Source: Chrysomallon squamiferum
Lineage: Eukaryota > Animalia > Mollusca
DNA length: 64,000 nucleotides
Assembly (NCBI GenBank): GCA_012295275.1
Contig: CM022670.1
Span: 33,356,001 to 33,420,000 of the forward strand
Direction of reading: 5' to 3'
This document shows positions 52,956 to 64,000 of this stretch, piece by piece (within the stretch, counting starts at the first letter, position 1; the number at the start of each line of letters is the position of its first letter). Made by a program: the position numbers and the translations under genes. The notes below the pieces were generated by a model. It saw only the letters and a program-made list of their open reading frames with translations. It was not told the DNA's origin and searched no databases.

Positions 52956-53836
52956 TGATTTGGCTTTTCTCATTAAAACTGACAACACAGTTCCTGTACT
53001 TAAGTTTAACAAAAATTCTGTTTTTTTTCTAATGTTGAAAAGGAATATACAATTTTTATTATGCCATTTTATATAATTTGTTAAATTTTGTTTAATTTTT
53101 TATACTGTTATGTTGCTGATCAAATTTCATATTGGATACAAGTTGTATTTCTTTCTCCTTTTTTTTTTTTTTTTTTAATAATATTTGTTTTGTTTGTTGG
53201 CTTTTATATTTTTAAGATTTTATTTAATTCTTTTTCTTATATTTGTCTCATCATATTTTTCAGTTTGTGGATATATTTTTTCATTATTATTCTTATGATG
53301 ATGGTTGTTTGTTGTTTCATTTCTGAAGTTGACTAGAGTTATAAAGGAGTAAGATAAAGAAAAATAAGAAATTAACATATGCAAAGAGAGAGAGAGGGAA
53401 AATTAATATGTGCATGTAAAAGATAGAGAGAAAGACACATGTTAATTTTCATGGCTCCAGTTATAATCTTTATCTTGTCAAATCCACTCAAACTTTGATA
53501 ACAGAAAAAAAAAAAAGTAATAATAAAATAAATAAAAAGTAAAACATAATCCTGTATTAGATACAGTTAATGCCTTGGTAAAGACATTATCAGCTTTTTA
53601 TCATTTACTTAGAATATAAAAGACATTACTGAAGAGAGAGAGAAAGAAAAAACCCCACCTATTTCCTAATAAATACTACACAACTATTGATCTAAAATTG
53701 TCCATACTGTAAAATATATGAGCTGTTTTCTATAACAATGTTAAAACCTTTAGTTATGTTGTTTGTTGGGATTTTTTTTTTTTTAAAACATGCATTCAGA
53801 GAATTGCATACTTAACTGATTTTGCTTAATTTTCAG

Positions 53837-54033
53837 AAAAACTACACAAGCGTTATGGTGACTTAAATGGCAAGATATTCCTGTTTGAACTGAACACTGG
53901 GGGTAATGGTCTGGGTCTCAGTCTGGCTGGGAACAAGGATCGAAACACGATGAGTGTGTTTGTTGCTGGTATTCAGCCTGACAGTGTGGCTGCCAAAGAT
54001 GGCAGAATCAGAGTGGGCGATGAACTGTTGGAA
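53837..54033 (+). CDS. MPDZ: MPDZ exon, PDZ8 (KLHKRYGDLNG...GLGLSLAGNKDRNTMSVFVAGIQPDSVAAKDGRIRVGDELLE)
   Basis: ttttcag| acceptor, GAA|gtaagt donor, phase 1 to 0. Confidence 0.95.
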
Positions 54034-54656
54034 GTAAGTTTTAATACATTCTTTATTTTCTTTATTTTCATTGTATTGTATTGTATTATATTGTATTATA
54101 GTTTATTTTATTTATTTATTTTTATTTTCATTTATTTTTATTTTATTTCATTATTTATTTTTTTATAATTTTATTTTACAGTTTACATTATTGATTACTA
54201 TGTTATCTTATTTTTAATTTTTTAAATTTTATTGTTATTATTTGTTTGAATTCCTCTATATTTTGTTATTTTTATAACATATAATTTCTGATTATCAAAC
54301 CATGCATTTCATTTATATATTCATTTAGCAGTAATTTGCTGATTATTGACTTGTACATATTGTTAATTTTAATGTTAATGTTTATTTTGTTTAATGGAAT
54401 ACCTGTAATAATTTAATAGAATCAGGTAAATGTATTTGTAGTTAAAATACACACAGAGACAGTACATTATAAGCTCCTGAAATAAAATAATGACTACTAG
54501 AACACATTATAGTTTTTTATGTGTATATTCATGAGCATAATGGTATAATTTTGCAGCAGGTTACAGATATGTGTTACAGTAACCTCACAGAAATAAAGTA
54601 ATGTCATCATTTTTTTTTGTCTGTGAACTAATTTAAAACCACCACTTCATTAACAG

Positions 54657-54751
54657 ATCAATGGACAGGTTTTACATGGTCGAAGTCATCTAAACGCCTC
54701 AGCAATTATTAAGGGAATAAAGACATCCAACATGAAAATTGTTATTTTGAG
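54657..54751 (+). CDS. MPDZ: MPDZ exon, PDZ8 C-part (INGQVLHGRSHLNASAIIKGIKTSNMKIVILR)
   Basis: taacag| acceptor, AG|gtgagt donor, phase 0 to 2. Confidence 0.93.
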
Positions 54752-55228
54752 GTGAGTATGTAAAATGTGATTTTGGTTGATCTTTGATGTCAAAATCATT
54801 TGAAGAGAAATTCTTATAGTATTAATAGTGTATTGTATGTTTGTTGCTGTCTGAAAACTGGAATGGTTTATGATGATGATGATGATTATAACTTACAATA
54901 AACATAATGATGATGATGACAATGATGATGATAATTGTTGAAAATGATGGGTGACATTGTTTATGATAATAATGTAATAAGCCACATAAGAAACCCTAGT
55001 TAGTAGGATATGCCATATTTTACTAGAAATTGTGAAGAGAAAGATACAGCATCTCTTCCATTGATTTATTAGAGCAGGTAAACAAACAACAGTGTTTGAA
55101 AGAGTGGAAATGTTATCTCCAGAAATGAAATCAACAAAATATCATTTGTTCACACATCATATACTGTTTACATCAGCATACAGAGAAAAATTAATGATTT
55201 TATTATTTTGAATTTTGTTTAATTCCAG

Positions 55229-55295
55229 GCGTGATGATTATCTAGAACACATGGCAATAAAACCATTGCGTCTAGGACCACTAATAATTGCAGAG
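55229..55295 (+). CDS. MPDZ: MPDZ exon (RDDYLEHMAIKPLRLGPLIIAE)
   Basis: ttccag| acceptor, GAG|gttagt donor, phase 2 to 0; post-PDZ8 'MA[IV]xP' motif. Confidence 0.88.
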
Positions 55296-57319
55296 GTTAG
55301 TCAGTGTTTTTAATTTTAAATAAAATAACACAAATTATATATGTCCAGGAACCAGTAGTAAACAGACCATATTTTGTTATCTATAAAATGAGAAGTCATT
55401 TAATTGCCATTTTTCTCTTTTCTCTTGTGTACATTTATGGAAATGTAAACCTAACTGTCTGATAGGGCACAGCAACCTTTCCAGTGGTTTACTTAGTAAG
55501 AAAGTTAGTAAACAACCAAGTGTGAGTAGGTAAAGTTGCTGTAGCTCTCTTTATTTACACATTTCACTATCAGATGGATGATTTCCTTAAACAAATTTTA
55601 AAAATCTCTTAAAAATAGCCAAGGTTGGTTAGTTAGTTTTTGTATTATTGACAGAAGATATACAAACATACATAAAATGATTAATATAGAGAAGTAAAAA
55701 TAAAAACCAGTATCTCCAAATGATTAAAATTTTGCTGAATGGTTTGATGAAAATTTATTAAAACTTACATGAAAAGTAAGTTTTTTTTATAAAAAAAGAA
55801 AAGAAAAAGGTTTACTCCATTATTTTTAATGGATTTAGTTACGATGAGATAAACTTTCCGTTGCATTAACTCAAACCCAGCAGATGGGATCTAATGAAAA
55901 CAAAAGGTGGCCTCACGTTTGAAGATGGAATGAAGATGAATCCAATCAACTGCATTGACTTAATAATAGTTCTGGGACTTTTGACTGATACCCACTTTTC
56001 TTTCTTGTTTGATAATGACAATTATGGTAGGGCAGAAAATCAATACAGTGATGGTAACTGAGTGCGGCTATCCAGTTTCATTAGCAGAGTATCTGTCATG
56101 TGTCGCAGTGAAGGCCACTTCTTGGGACATTCTGCTATTTGATTAAGACAAGAGTTCTGCTTACTAGTGCTGTCTAAGCTGTTATTAGCTCTTTTATCCA
56201 CTGTTAAAAGTCACTTAGCAATAGCACTAATTTAAATGGGTCAGCTGCCTTGTGCTTCATTCCCTGGAGATAGTATTGCATGATGGTTCACAGTTCCTGA
56301 GAGAAAATATGTAGAATATATGTCTACATGGGGTCTAGAATTTCCCATTAATTCATCCACTTCTTAAGTTGGTTATTACTTAACTAGTGCAGAGAGGTGA
56401 GTGCAGTTATTTTACATTGGTTTAATTGACTGATTAATGCCAGACAAACCATCCACATTTTAAACTGGTTGGTTTTAGGTTTTGTATTAGGACAAGGATT
56501 ACAACCATTACATTTATTGTCTGGTCTGGATTATATAACCCAAACTGTTTGCTTTTAGCACCAAATATATATATGTGTTTTTCAGTTTGTGTTTGTATAC
56601 ATAAATGTATATATGTACTGTATATGTAGGAGAGTATGTGTGTATGTGTCTTCACACAGATAAGCTAAATTAGAGATCTTTAATTGTAACCTGAATAATG
56701 TAAATATTTGTTTAATTTTGGAATTATAACTTGTAATAATAATAATAATGATGATGATGAAGAGTAGAAATATTAATACACAATAAAACAAACAAATAAA
56801 AAAATAAGTAAATAATAATAATAATAACAGAAAGAATAATAATAATAATTAATATTATTATAATTATAAAAAGCACATTATAAAAACAAAATAAAAAATA
56901 GCAAGAACAACAAATAAATAAACAAACATTTTGAAGAATTAAATATGCTTCAACCATCCCTTTTATCTAGCTGTCCTCTCATCATTTTAGTTGATCAACA
57001 ATAATGGACAAGACTAGAAAGTTGTCTATGTAGGAAATTGAACAGTGGATTAATTTAGTCAGGTTAATGCTGTGAAGCCTGGGAGTAATCTCTTAAAGAA
57101 ATGAGTTTGATGGAAATGTTCACTTCATTTTAATGGTGCATTTAACATCAGCATTAAATTAATTTTAAAAATAACTGTTTATATCAGTTTTATTGTTTCA
57201 GTGCCTGCCTCCTTGTCACAATCGTTTATATTTTGACATTTCCTCTGTTTCTTGGAGTGTTTCTATTGTTTTTATTGTTGTTGTTTTTTTGTGTTGTTGG
57301 GTTTTTTTTTTCTCGTCAG

Positions 57320-57620
57320 TTAATTTCGTCATTCTTTAATTTTGGCCCATACTTTTGCCAGCTAGTTTTATTTTTATTTTTTACATCAGATTATTCCTTA
57401 CTTCCTTAATTCCTGCTATTTTTGTCAGCTTTTAATTTTATCTGGATTTCATTCCTTAATTCCTGCCACTATATTTGTCACTCTGATTTTATTTTTATTT
57501 TGATCCCAGTTTATTCCTTCCTTCCTTAATTTCTGCAGGTATTTTGATCAGCTAGCATTTATTTTTGTTGGTATTTTGAACCATATGTTTTCCTTCCTTC
57601 CTTAATTCCTTCAAGCTTTT
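57320..57620. repeat. Degenerate tandem repeat (ttccttaattcctgc...ttttgtcagct)
   Basis: Several copies, e.g. near 57402, 57452, 57522 and 57598. Confidence 0.65.
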
Positions 57621-58899
57621 ATGTTTCTGTTGTAGGTGGTGATTTTTTCTTGCTTTTTTAAAATTATTATTACTTATATTACTAAAAAAAAAAAAATTGT
57701 TGTTTTTGTTTTTTTTGTTTGTTTTTTTGAGTGCATTGCCTCCAACAAAACTGACCAATGTTTCACTGTCTGAGTCTAAGGTTTCCTTTGGAACGTAATA
57801 TAACTAATCTTGCTATGTAATAAATTACTAAAACATTGTCTCAGAGCTTTGTACAGACTTGAGTCTGATTGGTTTTCACATTCAATTGTGGATCCATTTG
57901 TGTAAGAAACGATGTTGAGACAGATTCAGATATGTCATAATGTCACTATCAACCTCTGGGAGGTTTCCATTACACTTGTAAGATGTTCTGCTTCATTCTT
58001 GGTGCACTGCAGGAAATTGGGCTTAAGCAAGAAAAATGTCAAACCATTCAGGAAGAGCTATTACATTAAGGCTTTCAAATAAAATGAAAGTTAAGGGAAG
58101 AAAATAAAAAACAAAGTAAAATTCCAATAAAAGGGGGGAAAAAAATGATTATTTTGTGTGCTGCAGGATTGATTTGTTGATTTGATTAAAGTGTTCATAC
58201 TTAATTTGTTGAATATTTATTAGTTTGTGAGGATAATTTTGTTATGTTTAATTTCTTTACATCATTTTTTTTTTTTTTTAAATTAAAACCAAATCACTAC
58301 AAATAAAAAAGATAACAGACACTGAAAAAGATTCTGAAATTGCACCAACAATAAAAATCAGTTGAGATAAAAAAAATAATAATGAACTTAACAGTGTAAA
58401 AAAATAAAAATAAACATACTTGAAGGAGGAAAAAAAAAATCAAATTAACAATTTTATCAAATTTTATTTTATTTCGTTGTAAGGTATTTATCAATCTTTT
58501 ACAATCTCTGTCTGACACAAATGAAGCCATGCAGCAGAAGTTTTGTCTGGAAAAGGAACAGAATTCCCACTGATTCATTTAACATAGAATTTTTTATACC
58601 AGGAAATACCAAACAGTTAATTGTTCTTTATTATTTGAAATACTCAAGCCATTTTCAGAGTATTTCCATGTATTCACATTGTTTAAATTAGAAATTTTAA
58701 TAAGAATTCCAACAAATTGTATTTTCATTCAAAAGTAATAATTATGACCATTTGTATTACAGTCTATTATTTTTATAAGTTTTCTTTTAAACAATATTTT
58801 ATTCAAAATAATTAATATGTCAGTAATTTATAGTGATTAACAAACAGTAACTTCACACCTTTGTTTATCTTACTTAGTCTATATTTTATTTTATTTTAG

Positions 58900-59037
58900 G
58901 ATCCTAGCACAATCCCTTCTCAGCAGATACCACCAACTACTGCAACAGCAGCAACATCACCATCAACTCCAAAGATACAAAAAGAAGCTGAGCCAACGCC
59001 TGATGTTGTCCGCACCATCACAGTGACATTACAAAAA
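58900..59037 (+). CDS. MPDZ: MPDZ exon, linker to PDZ9 (DPSTIPSQQ...VRTITVTLQK)
   Basis: attttag| acceptor, AAA|gtatgt donor, 138 nt, phase 0-0. Confidence 0.88.
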
Positions 59038-59201
59038 GTATGTTGTTTTAGTTTTTGTTAAAAAACACACACAGTTTTTGAAATTTACTGTTTATATCAT
59101 TTTCAAGATTTGCAGACTGAAATGTTACATGAACAAACTTTGTCTAAGAATGTTTGAAATTTAAAAACTACATTTTCTGTATTTTTGTAAATATAATTTT
59201 T

Positions 59202-59236
<35 letters not shown>

Positions 59237-59237
59237 G

Positions 59238-59336
59238 GGTTCCCAGGGTCTAGGTTTTGGAATTGCTGAGGAAGATCATGATGGTCATCATGGAATCTAC
59301 ATCAAGAGTATCACTCCAGGTGGAATAGCTTCACAG
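59238..59336 (+). CDS. MPDZ: MPDZ exon, PDZ9 (GSQGLGFGIAEEDHDGHHGIYIKSITPGGIASQ)
   Basis: poly-T then atag| acceptor, CAG|gtacaa donor, 99 nt; GLGF loop. Confidence 0.93.
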
Positions 59337-59627
59337 GTACAAAGCTTAAAATAAAAGTTCTTTATTCAGCAAGAAAAGGTGTTATCATAAGGCCTTATTA
59401 TTATGCTTGTTATCAGTGTTAAAAATTTTAATAATAAATCAAAAATATTGTTCAAATTGATGGAGAAGACAGATACTGCTAAAACAAATTATTATGTTAA
59501 GTGTTTACAGTACATCCCTGATATGTCCATTATTAGTAGTTTTGAGATTATTATCCTAAACTGCAGCACACAAAGCATGTGACTGAGATATATTCCAGTA
59601 TTTAGTAGAGTTTTTTTTGTTTTATAG

Positions 59628-59702
59628 GATGGTAATCTGAATGTAGGAGATGAAATTCTGGAAGTAGGAGACAAGTCTTTCAGAGGTGTACATTATGATA
59701 AG
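59628..59702 (+). CDS. MPDZ: MPDZ exon, PDZ9 (DGNLNVGDEILEVGDKSFRGVHYDK)
   Basis: ttatag| acceptor, AAG|gtttgt donor, 75 nt. Confidence 0.92.
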
Positions 59703-60149
59703 GTTTGTGTTTGAGAATGTTAAGAACTACTTGTGCTTGAGAAAGAAACAATCCAAAAACAGATGGCATACTTTGTAAAGCATGTGAATAATATATATAT
59801 TTTTTAACTTTATACTGAAAAAATGTATCTATTGTATGGTAAAACAGACTATTTGATCAAATATTATCACTCTTTATTTTCTTTTTACTTTTCTTTGGAA
59901 ATGCAGTATATATATATATATATATATATTAAATAAAATCAGAGAGTTGTTTTACAGAAGAAAAACAAACCAAAAACAAATAAACAAATAATAATCAAAC
60001 TAACAACATTATTGGTTAAAATAAATTATTAATTTATTTTGATAATAAACAGTTCACTGGTTTAATCTGTTATCTAATAATTATTATTTTATTTTTGGTC
60101 AGGCAGTACAATAGATTTTATTTTATTTTATTTTTTTTTTTTTTTTCAG

Positions 60150-60243
60150 GCAATAGATATTTTACGCACAACTACGGGTACAGTAAAGTTAAAAGTTCGT
60201 CCACGGTCACAAAGTACAGTGGTACATCTGGACATCACTGCAG
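60150..60243 (+). CDS. MPDZ: MPDZ exon, PDZ9 C-part (AIDILRTTTGTVKLKVRPRSQSTVVHLDITA)
   Basis: poly-T then cag| acceptor, CAG|gtgagg donor, phase 0 to 1. Confidence 0.9.
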
Positions 60244-60784
60244 GTGAGGTGTAGCCTAAAATATCTGATTTATATATTATTTATAAAAAAAACAATAATA
60301 ATAATAAAAAATGTAATATTTTGGATTATTTTTGTGTCTTTTATGTTGCAGTAAAATATTTGGTTTATGTATTACTTTTTTAAATTCTAGTTACTTAATG
60401 TTTTATTTTGTTTATCCTGTCTGTATGCAGAATTTCCCAAAATAATCTAATCAGATCAAGATGCATATTTTTCTTATTAAATCATGCTCTTCATGACATG
60501 TAATTTTACTAGGAGTTGGCTGAAGACTAGACATTTCCATTTCAATTTTGTGATATTTCATGCTGTCTGACACGTTACAAATAATATTAGTTTATTCAGT
60601 ATAGATATTTTTCCCATTTTATTTCAGTGTGACAGTGCCCTCATTCCAGTTCAGCAGTTCCAAATTATTTATGTCTTAATAGATTTACTGTTTAACGATT
60701 TACTAATACAAATAGCATTCTTTTTTCATTTTTATTTAATCCATAATATGGAATACAAACTGAATACAAATCTTTTTTGCATAG

Positions 60785-60924
60785 GTGAATCATCCACTGA
60801 TCCGTCGGGTACCACTGATCCAAAGACTTGTCCAATCACTCCTGGACGAGAGACTCTTATTGAGATAGAGAAAGGCAAGACTGGATTAGGACTCAGCATT
60901 GTTGGAGGATCAGATACACTCCTG
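60785..60924 (+). CDS. MPDZ: MPDZ exon, PDZ10 start ([36 protein letters not shown])
   Basis: gcatag| acceptor, CTG|gtatgt donor, phase 1 to 0; close to the MPDZ PDZ10 motif as I recall it. Confidence 0.96.
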
Positions 60925-61340
60925 GTATGTCATCTGCAACCAATTCATTTAAATTAATATAAGATTATTGAAACCTCTGTGCTTTTTTTATTAACAGTGT
61001 TTGATAAAGGATTATACATGGTATCAATTTAAAAAAAAAAAAAAGCAGCTTGTTAAGAATTACTTCAAAAACAATTCAATCAATATAATTTAAATAGATA
61101 ATAAATAAAATCTGTTTTATACAGTAAACCAGTGATGTATAAGATAAGATAATGCTTTATAGCCTAACAAGGGAATTGATTTTACATCATGGAGATAGAA
61201 CTCAAACACAAAAGAAAACAAGAGACAGAATGTTTCATTGTGTTAATGTATATTGATTGATCCTTAGAATAATTTCCAAACCAAAACTGTACCATCATCA
61301 ATTTAATGTTAAGAATTGGAATTTGTTCTTGTTTTTAAAG

Positions 61341-61424
61341 GGAGCTATCATAATTCATGAAGTTTATGAAGATGGGGCTGCAGCCAGGGATGGAAGACTG
61401 TGGGCAGGAGACCAGATACTGGAG
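61341..61424 (+). CDS. MPDZ: MPDZ exon, PDZ10 ([28 protein letters not shown])
   Basis: ttttaaag| acceptor, GAG|gtgatt donor, 84 nt. Confidence 0.96.
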
Positions 61425-61592
61425 GTGATTGTCCAACCACTTTTAAATCATAGTTTAATGACAATGTTACTTACATCATTATAGCAATAATAGTGAATGT
61501 GTATGGATTTATAGGCATATTTTATAATGATTTTATTTTTTTATTATAATTATTTTAGTTATTTGTTATTATTATTATTATTATTTATTTGT

Positions 61593-61635
<43 letters not shown>

Positions 61636-62416
61636 TTTTAATGATTTTTTCTTTATTTCTTTCTTTATTACTATTATTATTATTATTTTTTTTTTTTTAA
61701 ACATATTTTTGGAGTATGTTTAAAGCATTGATTTAAAGCAAGTGTCTTTGATTTTCATCTTTCATCTGTTTGTGAATTATTGTTTTTCTTCATATTACAA
61801 CATTATCATCTTTTAATCTATAAAATTCTTTTTGAAAATAGTTCTGCCCCTTGGCATTTCACAGAGCTAGCTTTTCAGTGTGTGTTCTTTATTAACAATT
61901 AAATCAAGCTTTTAGGATGAAAGATGCTTCTTTTTATTTAATTTTTTCATTAAATAAAGATGTACAGTATTATTTGGGTTGGTGTTTTTCAGTTCTTTGT
62001 CATTTGCAAATGTGGGTGGGGATGTGTTTTTTATTTTATTTGTTGTTGTTTTGATTTTGTTTTAGTTTTTGTTTTATTTATTTTTTATTTTTTAAACTAG
62101 TGAAGATTAGAAAATTACATTCATGAAAACATTATACTGGGTTATTTATTATTATTATTATTATTATTATCTGAGTCAAAATATCAGCACCTGCAAAACA
62201 GCAGCAGATCACACCAAAAAAATAAAAATAAAAAAATAAATAAAATTTAAAAATAAAAAAATTAAAAGAAGATTATTAACACAGATTTTGCTACAAGGCT
62301 TTTTAAAATTAAATTACATACAAACACACATAATTATACAGTCTGTTTTATTGATAACAATATTCCCTGCTTATATATATCTAAGCGTATATATTAATCC
62401 TTTATTGTCACAACAG

Positions 62417-62641
62417 GTGAACAATGAAGATCTTAGAGATGCAACCCATGACCATGCTATCCAGGTTCTGCGACAGACCCCATCAAATGTAACAATTCTA
62501 GTGTACAGAGATGATAATCAGGTTCGAGAAGAGGACATCTATGACATATTTACTGTGGAACTTATGAAAAAACCAGGCAAAGGTCTTGGTCTCAGTATAG
62601 TAGGAAAGAAAAATGATGTTGGAGTGTATATATCTGACATT
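62417..62641 (+). CDS. MPDZ: MPDZ exon, PDZ10 end and PDZ11 start (VNNEDLRDATHDHAIQVLRQTP...[25 protein letters not shown])
   Basis: caacag| acceptor, ATT|gtaagt donor, 225 nt. Confidence 0.96.
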
Positions 62642-63112
62642 GTAAGTACACTGGTTTTTAGTATTTATATATTGCTTGAATGGTTATCATTACTGATTGT
62701 TGTTTTTTTCAAACTGTGTGTTATGGATGAAAAAAATGTAGTTGTTTATCCTTTTGAAATTTCAAAGAAAATACATTTTGATATTTTTTTTAAAATTAAA
62801 AAAAATTTTCTCCTTTTGGGAGATGATTTTTCTATAAATTGATAATTTGTGTGGTTTATTATTATTATTATTATTATTATAATTTTGTTTTTGTTATTAA
62901 CTCAAATAGTATTTATTATTGTTTTAATGACTTTAATATATATATATATTCATATTCATACTCTCTGAGAATTAAAATAAAATTATCATATAGGGATTTT
63001 TTTTAGTTTAGTATGTGAAATACTATTAATTATTTAAATACTTTTCTAATTTTTTTAAAATTTCTGTGAATTTGTCTTATTATTAAACTATGAAATATAA
63101 TTATCTGTGTAG

Positions 63113-63229
63113 GTAAAAGGAGGTGCTGCAGAGGCTGATGGTAGACTTATGCAAGGGGACCAGATTCTTGCTGTTAATGGTGAGGACATGAGAAATTCAA
63201 CTCAGGAATATGCTGCAGCTGTTCTCAAG
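63113..63229 (+). CDS. MPDZ: MPDZ exon, PDZ11 ([39 protein letters not shown])
   Basis: gtgtag| acceptor, AAG|gtataa donor, 117 nt. Confidence 0.96.
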
Positions 63230-63232
63230 GTA

Positions 63233-63271
<39 letters not shown>

Positions 63272-63429
63272 ATATAAATACATATAATAATAATAATAAT
63301 GAAAAAGAATATATTTTTCTGCAAATAATATGTAAATAAAATTTTAAAATATATTTTTAACACAATTATTTATTAAGGAAATGTATTGCACAACAGATTA
63401 ATAAACAGAAACTATGATAAATCAGAATT

Positions 63430-64000
63430 ATTCTTGTATTTTTTTTTTTTTATATTTATATTTTTGATTCAGATCTTCTTTTATTTCATTCATTTTTTAT
63501 GTTTTTTTATTTTTCATTCCATGTATTTTATTTTATTATTTTATTTTTTATTTATGTTTGATTATTTTCTTTATTTTATTTTTGATTTATTTCATTTTGT
63601 TTCTTAATTTAATTTTATTGTTGATTCATTTATCCATTTGCTTTATTTTATTTCATTTTATATTTTATTTATTTTATTCATTTCATTTTATTATTTTGTT
63701 ATGCATTTTAATTTCTTTTCCTTTCACTTCATTTTTTTTTTTTTATATATATATATGTATGTTTACTTTTTATTTCATTTCATTTATGCATCTTATTTTC
63801 TTTCTTACATTTTCATCTTCTTTCTTCTAAATTTAATTTAATTTATTATTTTATTTTATATTATTTTATTATTTTTTTTTATATTATATTATATTATATT
63901 ATGTTATATATTATTATATTATATTATATTATATTATATTATGTTATATTATGTTATGTTATGTTATTTTATTATATTATATTATATTTTATTATATTAT
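63430..64000. repeat. AT low-complexity tract ending in (TTATA)n/(TTATG)n
   Basis: Directly visible. Confidence 0.9.

Noticed and set aside
55830-56350. GC-richer unique patch in the intron after PDZ8
   Set aside because: The frames I translated are interrupted by stops and show no identifiable motif; likely an old TE relic that I cannot classify.
57912-57983. ATG-initiated phase-0 stretch MLRQIQICHNVTINLWE with donor-like sites
   Set aside because: Weak start and donor context; such phase matches arise easily by chance.
60095-60120. Acceptor-like tcag|gcagtacaatagat resembling the start of exon 60150
   Set aside because: Out of frame with an immediate TAG; too short to call a duplication confidently.

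Overview
Very AT-rich, microsatellite-dense animal genomic DNA. The whole window is the internal part of one + strand, multi-exon gene for a multiple-PDZ-domain scaffold of the MPDZ/MUPP1/Patj family. I traced 25 GT-AG exons (1674..63229) encoding the equivalents of MPDZ PDZ4 to PDZ11, with the start and stop outside the window. The PDZ4 loop 'EGTVDVENGVEVRPHHY' is of the protostome/Patj type; a mollusc is my inference only. Splice phases chain consistently except in one exon (9703..10289), which is one base short of frame. Its frame break sits at CCC AAA AGG TAG, 7 nt upstream of a 10-bp stem with pseudoknot/kissing-loop potential, so it is a candidate programmed frameshift, an exitron, or simply an assembly indel. 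The large introns hold phase-compatible candidate alternative first exons: a di-cysteine MLHFFCC... leader at 17852, MNIHEDDIF... at 49090, and two weaker ones. They also hold a possible stop/restart exon, Rbfox/QKI motif clusters after phase-0 cassette exons, a 48-bp hairpin, a dead duplicate of an exon start, several minisatellites and decayed transposon relics. Almost all ORFs in the supplied track outside these exons are low-complexity artefacts.
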